Below, in pieces: positions 47,720-64,000 of a DNA stretch of 64,000 bases. The notes under the pieces are model-generated. The model was given only the letters and a program-made list of their open reading frames with translations. It was not told where the DNA came from and did not search any database. Each line of letters starts with the position of its first letter. Position 1 is the stretch's first letter. Origin of the DNA: the human T2T-CHM13v2.0 reference genome, Homo sapiens; NCBI RefSeq assembly GCF_009914755.1, contig NC_060933.1; one strand, given 5' to 3'. Position numbers and translations under genes: made by a program.

Positions 47720-49850
47720 ATATTAGACGAGACTTCAGTTAAATATTATAAACTGAATGCGAGCATTTTCCTATGCTGCCTCCTGAACCCAGAGTACAAT
47801 AACAATAAAATAGTTGTTTTAAAACAAACAAACAATAAACCAAGAAGTCAAAGAAAATGTGGTTATAGATGCTAGAAGATGAGAGGCTTCATTTAAATTT
47901 TAGATTCTGGAAAGCAGATACACAAGGGTAACTGAATTGAAAAACCAGAGAAAGCTGAGGAAATAAGGGAGAAATAAGAAGGAGGCCAGTTCATGCCTCC
48001 ACACTCTATAAAAGACTGAGGAATTGACAAAGCTGATCATCTTTGATGGCAGAGGTTCAGAATTGCTTAAAAGTCTATTTTAAAAACATTTAGACCCTTT
48101 ATGTATCCTTGCTACCTTCACAGTCAGGAGACAATCCCTAGTAAAAGACAAGATTTATTGAGAAGGAAGTTAAACTAGGGGAAGTCAAGGTATTCAGATA
48201 ATTTATTGAATGGGTCATAGTAGAAAAAGAGAGCTGTTAAGTGACTGAAAGATCACTCCTGTTTTATTTTCTTCTACTTATCTCCAAGAACACAGTTTGT
48301 CAGATCATATACTTTTTTAAGACTGAAGGCTGAATTCCTCTCTATTCTGGCTTATGAAAAAAGGCCTAAGATATTGACAAGTGGAGATTCCCTCACAGAA
48401 CAGCCAGGCTGTCTTCTAGGAAAGCCCATCACCCACTTTCACAAAAAGCTTCCAGTCAGCTTTTGAGACCTTCACATATTAACATGTTTGGAAAGCCAAG
48501 AATCACCAGCCATTTGACAACAACCCCTGCAGTTAAGCATAGAGACCAGATCAAATGGGAATAAAAAGAAACACCAAAAGTAGTCAATACCAAAACCAGA
48601 AGAAGACTCCAAATCATTAACATCCTCAGAGATATGAGAAAAGTTATTACATTCAAAAGTGGGTCAGGTTGCTGTACTGAATTTAAAGATATAATAGCTG
48701 ATATGTAAAAGTCAATAGAATGGCTGCAGAATAAGTGAGGATATCTTCTAGAAATTAGAACAGAAAGACAATGAGATGGAAATGAAGAGAAAAGATAAGA
48801 AAATTAGAAGATCAGACAGGAAGATCAGACATTTACATCTAACAGAAATTCTAGAAAGAGAGAACAGAGAAAGTAAAGAGGAGAAAATTATTAAGGAATT
48901 ATCCAAATAAGAATTTCCAGAACTGAAGGATAGAAATTCAGAGGGAAAGGGCCCAGCATAATAGATGAAAAATATGTTCCACACCAAAAGATATCATCAC
49001 GAAGTTTTAGATTATCAGGGGTAGAACTACAATTCTAAAAGCTTTCAGAGAGAAAAATCAGGTCCATACATACAAATGGGAATTAGAAGGCAGCTAGAAA
49101 ACGATGAAACTATGGCTTCAAAAATCTAAGGGAAGTGACTTTTCAACCTAGAATTTTATACCCATCCCAAATAGCAATTGAAAGGAGACCAGAGAGTCTA
49201 GATTGGATGTGGAGGACAAAGGGCTTCAGGAAGGGTGACTCCAAAAAACAACAAAATAAGGAAAAGAAAAGAGTAAAGGAAAAAAAGCAGATAGATTTTC
49301 CTGATGTAATTAATTAAATTCAGATTTTGCTTCTTTCAGATAATTTGAGAATAAATTTTTAATAACAACATAGAACATGAAGCAAGCAGAAGATCAAGGA
49401 AAATATTTACACTGTGTAATACGAAAAGTTGTACAATAAAGAAAATGTAATCAAAGTTAATTTCATGGCTCAGTTGTGAATATTATTTGTACAGTCATAA
49501 TATACTTATGGAATATATGTATTGAGTTGTGATATAATTCTGTGGGGATAATTGAGGGAGGAGAAGTGCATATTTGGGAGGCAAGGGGCAGGAAAGAAAC
49601 AAAGGTGTGAACTTTCGTCTTCCGTAGGAGAAAGTCAACAGATAATATCTAACCTTTTTTTTTAAATAGAAGACAAAAAGTTAAATTTAGAATAATTGCA
49701 CCTGGGGAACAAAAATTGGGAAGTAGAAGTGTGGGGAATAGATGGCCGTTTTTATAAACATTATAGAGGTTTTATTTTATTAAAAAAGTAAACAGTCTTT
49801 TATAAAAAATAAAAATAAAATTCTGGACAAATTCAGTGTCTTCATATCAT
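47720..49850 (+). mobile_element. HAL1 / ancient L1 ORF1-type remnant
   Basis: ORF1-like purine-rich sequence (agaaaagataagaaaattagaagatcag, gaatttccagaactgaagg, ttttcaacctagaattttataccca). Confidence 0.6.
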
Positions 49851-50164
49851 GTAAGAAATGGATGATTATTTTTCTTTCTAATTACAAAGTTTCTATAACT
49901 TACATGAATACATTTTTAAGAGGAAAAATAACATACTTCAACCTTTTAAGCGACTGTATTTTACTTATCTGGGCAAAAAGTATATCTTTAAACTGTTCAC
50001 TAAACAAACTAATTTAAAGTATTAATAATGGGACATACCACATGCTAATGAATATAAGAACATAATATATATAAGGTGAAAACTCCTATTTTTAAACCAT
50101 TGAAACAACATGAATATGGAAATGAACTATTCACAGTTAGCCAAACACAGTGCTTTTACATCTT

Positions 50165-50520
50165 TTTTTTTAAATTATTATACTTGAAGTTCTAGGGTAC
50201 AAGTGCACAACGTGCAGGTTTGATACATAGGTATACATGAGCCATGTTGGTTTGCTGCACCCATCAACTCGTCATTTACATCAGGTATTTCTCCTAATGT
50301 TATTCCTCCCCCAGCTTCCCACTCCCTGACAGGTCCCGGTGTGTGATGTTCCCCGCCCCGTGTCCAAGTGTTCTCATTGTTCAATTCCCACCTATGAGTG
50401 AGAACATGCGGTGTTTGGTTTTCTGTCTTTGTGATAGTTTGCTAAGAATGATGGTTTCCAGCTTCATTCATGTCCCTGCAGAGGACATGAACTCATCTTT
50501 TTTATGGCTGCATAGTATTC
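50165..50520 (-). mobile_element. Short L1PA 3' end (L1PA6-like)
   Basis: Antisense L1PA 3'UTR. 17-bp TSD cagtgcttttacatctt at 50148-50164 and 50521-50537. Confidence 0.95.
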
Positions 50521-50595
50521 CAGTGCTTTTACATCTTAGCTTGGACCTATACAAAAACTTTCAAAAGCTCCTTCAACTTTCAAAACGCCATTAAG

Positions 50596-50825
50596 GGATG
50601 TGAGGGCAATCTGGCTGTGACATCTGTCACCTCATTGATTGGCAGGGTTGATTCAGCTGATCTGGCTAGCTAGGTGGGTGTCCCCTTTCTACCTCACTGC
50701 TCCAGGTGCATCCTAACCAAAGCCCTGGGATTGATCAGATCCTTCCTCCATAGAAGAGGACTGTTCTTCTGTCAAGGGTGTACAAGTAGCTGTACTCCCT
50801 TGCTAGAACCTCCAAACAAGCTCTT
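50596..50825 (+). pseudogene. RN7SKP: 7SK snRNA retropseudogene, 3'-truncated and tailless
   Basis: Begins GGATGTGAGGGC.ATCTGGCTG.GACATCTGTCACC, the 7SK 5' end, and follows 7SK to GCTAGAACCTCCAAACAAGCTCT. TSD aaaac(gc/at)cattaag at 50582-50595 and 50826-50839. Confidence 0.95.
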
Positions 50826-50827
50826 AA

Positions 50828-51190
<363 letters not shown>

Positions 51191-51379
51191 TAACCAGCTT
51201 TGAGATCATTCATATTTACCTCCGCTATCTTTTATCAATGCATAAACTCACGGTTTTACTTAGTCATATTCTGTGTATACCTGTGTAATCTGGTTGTCGT
51301 TGTTGTTGTTGTTGTTTTTTCCTAGAAGAGGTCTTGCTAACTGTAGAATTGGTATGAGGTGTAAAGTCCCAGAAAGGGA

Positions 51380-51520
51380 AAGTGGCAAAAATGCTCTATT
51401 TCCCTGAAGCTTCCATTTCCTCATCTATAAAATAAATCCAGTAGCTCTCTTAAAGGAGTAATTGAAATAATATATTTAAATCACCTACTACAGTGCCTGA
51501 CTTAGAGTAAGCATGTAGTA
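51380..51520 (+). mobile_element. MIR
   Basis: tttcctcatctataaaat...acagtgcctgacttagagtaagc. Confidence 0.65.
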
Positions 51521-51819
51521 GGTACTTTTCCTCCCCTTATCACACTTTCATACTTTTTTAAAGCATTGAGAATCATCCTTTGCATAGGATAGATAGTGAG
51601 CAGATAACTGTGACATAAAAATGTCATACTGTTGAAGCATGTTATTAATCTGATCTTTAGTTTTCTTTTACTCAAGCTAAGAAATTTCAGATGCTTATAA
51701 AAGATTTTATAAAGGACTTAATATTTCTGGATATATTTATCTCTGGATTCTCTCCTCCAAGTTATCTGCTCTTTGTGCTCATGATGCCCCTTAGTGGGAA
51801 GAGACTGCTTTTTACCACA

Positions 51820-52160
51820 GATGGAAGATGCCAAATATTGTTTCCCAGCATCCCTTGCTGTCAGAGAATGGGCAAGTGACCCAATTCTGGCTAATGAGAA
51901 CTGAGAGGAATGTGGTAGGAAAGCTTCTAGGAACGATTTTCTTCTTCAATAACGTAGAAGGTCTCCCCTTCTTCCTGCTTTTTTCCCTGACAAAAGCATG
52001 AGGCTTGGAACTACAACAGCTATCTTGAGGCCATGAGGACAGGCCAAAAGAATAGCAGAGAAGCTGAAGCTAGTGCTACTTACCTGCACATTCTGGTTAT
52101 GTAAGAATAAACCTCTATGATTTAAGCCATTTTAGTCAGATGTTCTGTACCTTGAAGCCA
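51820..52160 (+). mobile_element. Old MLT1 LTR
   Basis: ttcccagcatcccttgc...cagctatcttgaggccatgagg...tttaagccattttagtcag. Confidence 0.65.
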
Positions 52161-52914
52161 TAGAAACTTTTCAGTATATCCGTGGTAAGCTTATAGTGTA
52201 CAGCCTTGTAATAAACACAGCAATCTAATAATCAATGCTAGTAAAATGGGAATATTAATGCCCACTTTTCTATTTTGTTTTTATTTACCAGCTAATCAAG
52301 AAATTTTCTTTCTGGTTAAGCTAAATATCATATTACCCATTCTCTGTATTGAGTTGGGTGACAGTGGTTGCCTTCCAAATTTGAGACACTTTTATTTGTC
52401 TGATTTAAAACAGAAACCTATTATTGTTCAAAAAAACAAAAAAGAAAAGAAAAAGAAAAAAGTCATACAATTCAGAAAGTTTTACAAACAAAAGAAGCAA
52501 AACTCCTTCTTAGTTCTACTTCTTAGAGAAAACAATAGTTAACATTTTGCTGTGTTTCCTTCTGGAGTCTTTGTATCTGCATTGGCTTTAGTTATTGTTG
52601 CTACTTACTTATGTTATGGCAGGATCAGATTACTCCAGAGAAAACACTAGTGTTGCCAGGTGGCTGTTGGAATCCTGAAGTTCTTCTATTGACATAGTCT
52701 GAGGTGCCACAGCCTGTTAGCATACCGGGAAGCCCTACCCCGGTGATCTGACATGGAATCTGTCCAGCCCACTTTGGAGAAGTAATCAGGCTTATACTTG
52801 ATGCACTGTTTTTTTGTTTTTTTGTTTTTTCTTTCCTCACTCTTTTCAAATCTATTCTCAATACTCAAGAGAGCAGTGTTCACCAGGGATCTGGAAGTTC
52901 CCACTGAAAAGGAT

Positions 52915-53222
<308 letters not shown>

Positions 53223-53857
53223 GATGCTGAACATTTTATAGAGATCTTTAAAAGATAAATATTACAGGACTTGCTAATATATTGGTATCCAAATATATAT
53301 ATTACATCCAAATATTGGTGTCTGCAAGCAGGTAGATGGTATATGAGGAGACACTAGGCTATGTCCCAGTAACAAATGACTCCTGGCATGGACTGAATTG
53401 TGGTCCCCCATCCAGCATCCAAATTCGCAAGTAGAAGTCCTAACTTCCAGCTTCCTGGGATCATAGTGGAAAAGTGTGGGAAGATGGAGCTCAGTGGAAA
53501 TCAGATCAAAAACATAAAGTGCAAAGAAATATGGGGAAAAGCGTTTAAGGGATCCCATCACATTGGACTAAGTCCTGCGATGAAGATTTTATGAGACATA
53601 TTTGTCTACATAATAGCCCCCTCCCCCTTTTTTCTATTAACACCAAACAGAGTTCCAAAGAATGTACTTTGGGAAACATTCCTGTTGACAAAGTAAAGAC
53701 TGTGCATTAAAGAAAGTCCACAGTAATATCTTCCATCTGTACTTAAAACCACAGAATTTTGAGGACTGCTTGAGAGCAAGTAAATAATCTTGTGTAGGGG
53801 TTTTCAAACTTTATTTCATACCAAATGTTACATAGAACACTAATATAAAAAACAAAA

Positions 53858-54254
<397 letters not shown>

Positions 54255-55199
54255 TCACCCCCGAGAAGCCTACGAATTAGAGAAACATTACCTAAAAAAC
54301 CACAATCTAAGACAAGCTCCTTGTTCTTGGATGGGAAGATGACAGCATAGAGAGTTAGACAACTAATGGCACAGCTGGGTCTACAGTACAGGTCTCCAGC
54401 CCCAGCAAGCAGAGCGTATTTTCTATTGTATTATGTGGCCCGTGTCCTCGTCCTTCCCTGGCTTGTGTATCTCCCTATGATTGCTGTGTTTCTCTGTTGA
54501 TTCCTAATGTCACAGCATCGGTGAACATAATGAATTCTGTTCTTCTCAAGAATCTCCCTGGGAGTAAGTGTTACCCAGAGAAGCATTTAGCTATTACTGG
54601 TGCACTAAATAATAGTATCCCAAATGGCATGAACAAGTTAATGTTTCTACCCAAGTGTCAAACATACTGAAAAAAAGTGATTTGGCTACATGGCAGATTC
54701 TGCCTCATAGATTAACAGCCTTTTCAAAAAGCTGGTTTATTGCAACTTCAGAATAACATAAAAATGATTTTGAGAACAAAATTCGCAGCAGATTCAACTT
54801 TTGAAGATTTGGATACGCACGGGCACAGGCAGCACATTTTTGCCCACTGACCCTGCTAAAAGGTTTCAGAAGCATTTATGCAAATATCAAAGAAGTACTA
54901 ACAACATCCAAGCCTGTGCAGGTCGCTTGGCTAAGCCCTCATCTACTTTATCAATGTGCCCTTGGGAATGGTATTACCATAAAAGCCAAAACTTGTATAT
55001 TAGGTTTTATAAATAATGGAAAACAAGTAAATGGAATAGCAGTGCCAATAGCCAAAAAGTGCATTGCTCACAGCTGCTTGAAAGCTCTCATACTGTAATG
55101 CAGGAATTGCCTTAGTAAATGGACCCACTTAATATCAACCAATGTTTTTCTTTTACACACATTTACAGAGGTTTGTTTTGCTTGCTTACAAGAAGGAGG

Positions 55200-55920
55200 G
55201 TCATCTGATTTTATAAAAATAATATCATTCTATGCTTGTTATTTTGTACCAGGCTTTTTTCATTTAAAAAGATCAGAAACAGATCTCTAAATATGAAGCT
55301 ACCTCATTCTTTTAATAACTGCATAATATCTTGTAGCATGAATCTTTGCCGATTTATGCAATGATTTCTGTATTTGTAGTGAGGTTGTTTTCTTGTTCTG
55401 TGACAGCACTGGATATTTGCAGTCCTTACAATCTTTGTTATGAGGAAAAATACCTTGGTGCTTTAATTGGCATTTCCTGATCAACAGCAAGGCCAGCTAA
55501 CTTCTTCTGTTCCTTGGCCGTTTAGAATTTTCTTGTCTCTAAATTGATTGTGCAAATATTTGTCTATATTTCTATTTAGGCAATTTAATTTTTGTCAATG
55601 GGTAAAAACAGTTTGCATATTAGAGATTAGCCACAAGTCTATCTTGTCTTTTAAATTTGTTTATATTTTCCTCTATCATCAAGGAGTTTTGAAGTTCAGT
55701 ATTGTCAAAATTTTCAATCTTTTCTCTTTTGTTTCTGTATTTTATTTAGAAATCTCTTCTGATCCAGAGACCATAAAGATTTTTTTCTAAAAGTCTTTGA
55801 AATTTTGTTTTATCACATTTTACATCTTTGATCCCTCTGGCATTTATATTTTTAGATGGTATGAGGTAGGGATCTGGCATTATTTCGTTACATGAGAAAA
55901 CCAATTTTCCTTTCATCTCA
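55200..55920 (-). mobile_element. Ancient L1ME fragment
   Basis: tttaattggcatttcctgat...ggtatgaggtagggatct. Confidence 0.65.
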
Positions 55921-55959
55921 ATTCTTTTCCATCTTTAAAGGGTTTTCCTCAAATGCATC

Positions 55960-56560
55960 TTCTTAGCTGGGTTGCAGGCATATCTATATTATAGTTCACA
56001 GGAAGAAGAAAAGGAAACTACCAAGGTAAAAGATTTTATTTTAACTAAGTAAAGCCAATGTTGCACACACCACTTCCATTCACATTACAATGGCCAGAAC
56101 TTAATGACAAGGCCATAGAAAACAATAAAATATGGTAGGAAAATAACCGTTAGCTAAGCAGCCATGTGCCAAGGAAAAGGTAAGATTGGATTTCAGTAAA
56201 CAGCCAGAAGTCTCCACCGATATTCATTTCTCCCATCTTTAATAATAGAAGCAAGTTTTATTTAAGAGAGCAATACCTTTAACTGAAATTTTAAAAAGCT
56301 CTCTTGCTGCTTGCTATGGTCATGTAATTATATGTAGACTATATGTAGACATTGATAGGAGAGATTTCTGGGACAGATGCTTCAAATATGTGTAGATGTC
56401 TTGGTATACCATTTTGTCCCTCCCACTCCATTTCTTCCAGTTACCAGGCATGTGTACACTATTGCTGGTGTTCCAGCAAGTATCTTGGGAACATGAGAAT
56501 ATTGAGAATGAAAATCAAGCACTCAGGAACTATAACACATAAAATGATAACTGTTGTAAA
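55960..56560. mobile_element. Old MLT1 LTR fragments
   Basis: cacttccattcacattacaatggccagaactta and ggtcatgtaatta. Confidence 0.45.
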
Positions 56561-56599
56561 ACAAAACAGTTTCATGAGCTTGAGGTGGGCAAAAACTAC

Positions 56600-57770
56600 G
56601 ATTTATAAATGAAAATATTGATGATTGGACCTATTAAATTTAAGAACTTCTGTTCATCCAAAGACACTGTTAAGAGTAAAAAGCAACTAATATACAAAAT
56701 ATGTAAGAAACTCAATTCAATAGCAAGAAAACAAATAACCCAGTAAAAAAATGGGCAAAACACCTGAATAGACATTTCTCAAAAGAAGACATACAAATAG
56801 CCAACAAATATATGAAACATGCTCAACTTCATTAATCACTAGAGAAATGCAATTTAAATCCATAATGAGGTATAACCTCACACCTGTTAGAATGAATGGC
56901 TATCATAAAAAAGATGAAAGATAATAAGTGTTAGCAAGGATGTGGAGAAAAGGGAACCCTGGTACACTGCTGGTGAGAATGTAAATTAGTGCAGCCATTT
57001 TGGAAAACAGCATGAGCGTTCTTAAAAAAACTAGCAATAGAATTACCATGTGATCCAGCAATCCCACTTCTGGGTATATAGTAAAAGGAACTGAAATTAG
57101 AATGTCAAAGAGATATCTGCAGTTCCATGTTCTCTGCAGCATTATTCACAATAGCCAAGATGTGGAAGCAATCTAAATACCCATCAACAGATGAATATAT
57201 AAAGATAATATGATATATACACATAATGTAATACTATTCAGCCTTAAAAAGAAGAAATTTTGTCATTTGCAAGCACATATGAACCTAGAGGAAATTATGA
57301 TAAGTGAAATAATCCAGGCACAGAAAGACAAATACTTGGTCTTATTTTCATGGGGAATCTAAAAAAAGTCAAATTCATAGAAGCAGAGAGTAGAATGGTG
57401 GTCACCAGAGACTGGGGGTGAAGATGGGGAAAGGAGAGAGGTTGGTTAAAGAGTGCAAAGTTTCAGTTACACCGAAGGAATAAATTTTAGTGATCTATTA
57501 TGCAGCATGGTGACTAGAGTTAATAATAATGTGTCATATATTTCAAAATTGCTAGAAGAGTAGATTTTAAATGTTCTCACCACACAAAAAAATAGTAAGC
57601 TGGTGAGGTGACGGATGTGTTAATTAGCCTGATTTAATCATATCACAATATATTCATATGTAAACATCATATTATACCCCATTATATCTATCTATCTATC
57701 TATCTATCTATCATTACTATTTGTCAAGTAAACAAAATAAATAAATAAATAAGTAAAATGTTTTTAAAAA
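56600..57770 (+). mobile_element. L1MA-type 3' end
   Basis: gacatttctcaaaagaagacataca...gagtagattttaaatgttctcaccac, A-rich end. Contains (CTAT)n at about 57686-57713. Confidence 0.9.
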
Positions 57771-57789
57771 GAGTAAAAATAAACTGTTT

Positions 57790-58229
57790 TCTCTGCTTAC
57801 ATGTTGGTGATGGCCATGACGCCCACGCTGAAGGTTGTGGGTTCACCGGAATGAGGGCAAGGAACACCTGGCCCAGCCAGGGCGGAAAACTGCTTAAAGG
57901 CGTTCCTAAACCACAAACAATAGCATGAGTGATCTGTGCCTTAAGGACATGTTCCTGCTGCAGATAACTAGCCAGATCCATCCCTTTATTTCAGCCCATC
58001 CCTTTGTTTCCCTGTAAGGAATACTTTTAGTTAATCTATAATCTATAGAAACAATGCTTATCACTGGCTTACTGTCAATAAATATGTGGGTAAATCTCTG
58101 TTCGAGGACCTCAGCTCTGAAGGCTGTGAGACCCCTGATTTCCTACTCCACACCCTATTTTTCTGTGTGTGTCTTTAATTCCTCTAGCGCCACTGGGTTA
58201 GGGTCTCCGTGACCGAGCTGTTCTCGGCA
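57790..58229 (+). mobile_element. MER9 LTR (HERV-K9/HML-3 family), 5'-truncated
   Basis: gatggccatgacgcccacgctgaaggttgtgggt...ttagggtctcc..gaccgagctg.tctcggca. AATAAA at 58077. Confidence 0.88.
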
Positions 58230-59700
58230 ATTTCTTCAAACTTTATTGATTTTTGTCCTAGATATGGTTCAAACATTCCTACTTCTTCACATGAGTAGAA
58301 ATTTTGCATTGTATACTGGATTTCAGCTATTTTCTTGAGTATCTGGATTTTGTTGATTCCTCAACAGGGTTTTGAGCTCTGTTCTGAAAGGCAGGCAATT
58401 TACTTGAGAATTAGTTTAATCCTTCCAAGTCATCTTTATAAGATTTGTTTGGGAAAGTCTTAAGTGGTGCTTCCCTCCTTCATGCTAAATTAGCCATCTT
58501 CCTAAATTATAGCCTTTCTCAGGCCTCTATTGTGTACTCTGGGTGTTCAGTACATTCTCTCTGCTCGGGGTGGTCAGGACTCAAATGTCCCTGACCCTTT
58601 CACTAGCCCTGGAAATTGTTCATCTCACAGCACACTGACAGTCATTCTTTCCCTGGTAATAGTTCTTTCCTGGGCAGGTGCAGTAACCCTGTGCATGACC
58701 AGTTCAGTGTCTGGCCTACTATGCAGATTTCTGGATCTTCTTTTCAACACCACTCTCTTCTTCCAGGAAAATTCTGGGCATCTCAGGGTTCTTGAATTAT
58801 GGCCTCTTTCTCCTCACCTCCTTGAGACTGCTGTGCTCTGTCTGGGCCACCTATCCTCACACCAATATGCAGAATGTGTGTCTGTGCAGAAATCCGGGGT
58901 GTTTATGGGTCTCACTGTATTTATTTCCCTTCTCTCAGGGATCACAGTTTTGGAATACCTATTGAAAATGTCTAAAAACAGTCACAATAAATTTTATTTT
59001 GTTTTGTTTTTAACCATGAGAGTATAGTTAGGTACCAATGATCTCATCATGGCTGGAAATTTCTCATGTTTCATTGGCAAGAGTCCCTCTCCCACATGAA
59101 GTGTATCTTTCCTGAGATCAAGAAACCTTCATTCAACATCTGAACAAAATCAGCATTCTAATGAGATTTTTCAAAAGAAGGCCAGTGGTATGTGGAGTCA
59201 GGAAGATACTTGTTGGTGAGGGGGCCATTATATTTTTCATCATAGATAATCCTACTTTATTCTCTGGTTACTTTTAAGGTTTCCCTCTTTTCCCTTTTAC
59301 TATGATGTAACCATTGAGGAAGTATTTTTATCCTGCTTAGGATTCGTTATTTCTCTCTCATCTGGATATGGATGTATTTAATTAATTATTGAAAATTTCC
59401 CACTATTAAATAAGCAAATATTGCCTCATTATTCTCTTTATTTTCTTCCTTTGGAGAGCCTAGATGTGAATTAGACCTTTTCCTTCTATCTGTCGGTTTA
59501 CGACTGTCTTTCATATTTCTTTTATTTCAGGCTGCATTTTGTGTGAATTCTCAGATCTGTCCTCTGTTTACCTAGTTGTCACTTCAGTTGTGAGTAATCA
59601 GATGTTTAAGCTGCCCAACAAGTTTATAACTTCAACACCTCACATTTTTCATTTCTGTAAGTATTATTTGGTTCTTTTCAAACTTGCCGGTTCTTTCCCC
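58230..59700 (-). mobile_element. Ancient L1/HAL1 5'-region remnants
   Basis: Diverged antisense sequence similar to 44600-45390. Confidence 0.5.
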
Positions 59701-59739
59701 CCAACCCCGCCCCTATTATCCTCTTTTTCCTGGTATAAT

Positions 59740-60330
59740 TTATCAGTTGGTTTGATCTGGGCTTTAAGTAATAAAAGACCAAGTGCAAATTATTTAAACC
59801 ATAAGTTTACTCCACACAATAAAAACTTCAAAGATAGGGCAGCTCCAGAGTAGTTAAATTCAGTGGATCAATTATATCATCAAGGACTCAGGGTCTTTCC
59901 ATCTTTCTGTTCTCCATCCTTAATGTTTGGCTGTGCCTTGGGCCTTTCCTCTCATGGTTCACAAGATAGCTGCAGCAGCAGCTCCAAGCACCTCATCCTC
60001 ACATAGATTGTCTAGTGGCGGAAAGAGGATATCACTTCAAATGTCCCTGTATATGAACCAAGAAGACTTTTCCATAAACTTCACAGATTTTTCCTCATGT
60101 CTTGTTGACTACAATTGTGCCACACACTGTTCTTAAATTATAAGGAGATGGAGTTACCATGACTGATTTACACCAATCACGATCTGTCTCCTCTGACTGG
60201 GCAGGAACCCAGGCTCCCCTGAAGCTCTAGCTGCTTTAAAATCTAAACAAAAGTATAATAACGTCTGTGATAAGCCAGAAATTGGGAGAAATAACTGTTT
60301 GGTAAGCAATCAATAGTATTTATTATAGCA
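59740..60330 (-). mobile_element. Old MLT1 (K/L-type) LTR
   Basis: catcaaggactcagggtctttccatctttctg...ctcatggttcacaagatagctgc. Confidence 0.65.
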
Positions 60331-60623
60331 TTTATTCCTTTAGAAAAATCTATATAAATACTAACAAATACTTCTTTTAAAGAATTGTTCAGATTATTTT
60401 ATTACTTAGGGTCATATTCTTAAGGTCATAATCCTCCTACATTATCTTTTGACTGTCTCAGAGTCAATCACTTCCCCATGAGGCATGTAATTTTCTTATA
60501 ATGAGCTAGCAATTGTTTTCCCTGGTGGGAATTTTATAAGCACAGAGCCATAAAAGTGGTCTGTGTTTTTATTATGTTTGTTTAAATGTTTACTTCAGCT
60601 GAGGTTTCCCTAATCCAAAACCT

Positions 60624-60926
<303 letters not shown>

Positions 60927-61499
60927 TGAAACCTGTTTTTATACTAACATTTCAACGTAAGGAATGTCATACTAAATGTGTAATATACATTTTTATTCCA
61001 CCCTATGCATGGTCCAAATGTGGGGCTTTGATTTCTTACAGTAGACATGTTTAATTTCTACCTGGAGGCTCATAGGGTCAAGTGCTCTTTTGGTCACCCA
61101 GAACCAGGTACATAGTTTTTTTCCGTTCTCCTTTTCCAGAAGTGGCAGCCCTTCCAGAATCCTGGTTTTATCTAGAATTATCCTTCTCAACAAGGCTGTT
61201 TTCTTGCCCAAATCTAAGGAAATCTGATCCCCATGGGAGCTGTGCTATGGTGGCCATTCACATCATATTGTAGCTCCTCTAGGCTGGTGGGTGCTTGTAG
61301 CCTCTAGAAACTGTATTCCATCTGAGCTGTCTGGAGAATTTCCTCTTTGTTTTGAGCTGTTAAGTATTGACATTTTTTTTAACCCATATTTTATCCAGCA
61401 GTTCAATGTGCTTGTGATTGAGGGAGAGGGGTCCATATTAGTTCATTTACCATATTAACAAAATGTTTTTAAAGCTTTTTTGAAAAACTTCATTTAATC

Positions 61500-63280
<1,781 letters not shown>

Positions 63281-63290
63281 TATTAATTTC

Positions 63291-64000
63291 CACTGCTCTG
63301 TCACCTGCCACCGCTGCCCAAGCCTGAGTGGTTCACTACACCATGAAGACAGATTCCAGATGCCGGCAACTGGTGCTTCCAATCCTAGACGCTATGTCCA
63401 GCAAAGACTCCATGGTTCTGGCCTACAGTGGGGCCTGGACACCTCCTGCATCCTCATGTGGCCGAAGGAACAAGGCTATGACATAATTGCCTACCTAGCC
63501 AACATTGGCCAGAAGGAAGACTTCGAGGAAGCCAGGAAGAAGGCACTGAAGCTTGGGGCCAAAAAGGTGTTCATTGAGGATGCCAGCAGGGAGTTTGTGG
63601 AGGAGTTCATCTGGCCGGCCATCCAGTCCAGGGCACTGTATGAAGACCACTGCCTCCTGGGCACCTCTCTTGCCAGGCCCTGCATTGCCTGCAAACAAAT
63701 GGAAATTGTCCAGCAGGAGGGGGCCAAGTATGTGTCCCACGGTGCCACGGGAAAGGGGACCGATCAGTTCTGATTTGAACTCACCTGCTACTCACTGGCC
63801 CCCCCCCAGATAAAGGTCATTGCTCCCTGGAGGATGCCCGAGTTCTACAACTGGTTCAAGGCCTTCAATGACCTGATGGAAGAATACACAAAAGCAACAC
63901 GGGATTCCCATCCTGGTCACTTCCAAGAAGCCATGGAGCATGGAACAGAACCTCATGCACATCAGCTGTGAGGCTGGAATCCTGGAGAACCCCAAGAACT
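63291..64000 (+). pseudogene. ASS1P: Processed pseudogene of argininosuccinate synthase 1 (5' part; continues beyond window)
   Basis: ASS1-like 5'UTR, then ATG at 63394 ([12 protein letters not shown]). A 1-bp deletion near 63430 is followed by [50 protein letters not shown]...[10 protein letters not shown]. Premature TGA at 63771-63773 and further indels. No introns. Confidence 0.97.

Noticed and set aside
63291-64000. Assigning a numbered pseudogene or chromosome locus
   Set aside because: Several ASS1, SYNGR2 and 7SK retrocopies exist and cannot be distinguished without a genome search.

Overview
Primate (human-like) intergenic or intronic DNA dominated by interspersed repeats: about 22 Alu/FLAM copies, L1s of many ages (including a 3.6-kb 5'-truncated L1PA4-like copy with a 19-bp TSD), L2/MIR, hAT MITEs and a dense cluster of solo LTRs at 24.6-34.8 kb. 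I found no intact protein-coding gene. Three retrocopies are clear: a full-length processed SYNGR2 pseudogene (- strand, 34851-36342), a 3'-truncated tailless 7SK copy (50596-50825) and a processed ASS1 pseudogene running off the right edge (63291-64000). The most unusual signal is speculative: unique-sequence islands at about 4.2-6.5 kb (perhaps 0.5-9.2 kb) have + strand splice sites and, once joined and frame-repaired, read like a decayed kinesin-light-chain/nephrocystin-3-type TPR repeat. This could be a lost gene. Repeat subfamily names and parent-gene comparisons come from my recall of consensus sequences, not from a search. Boundaries of old repeats are approximate.
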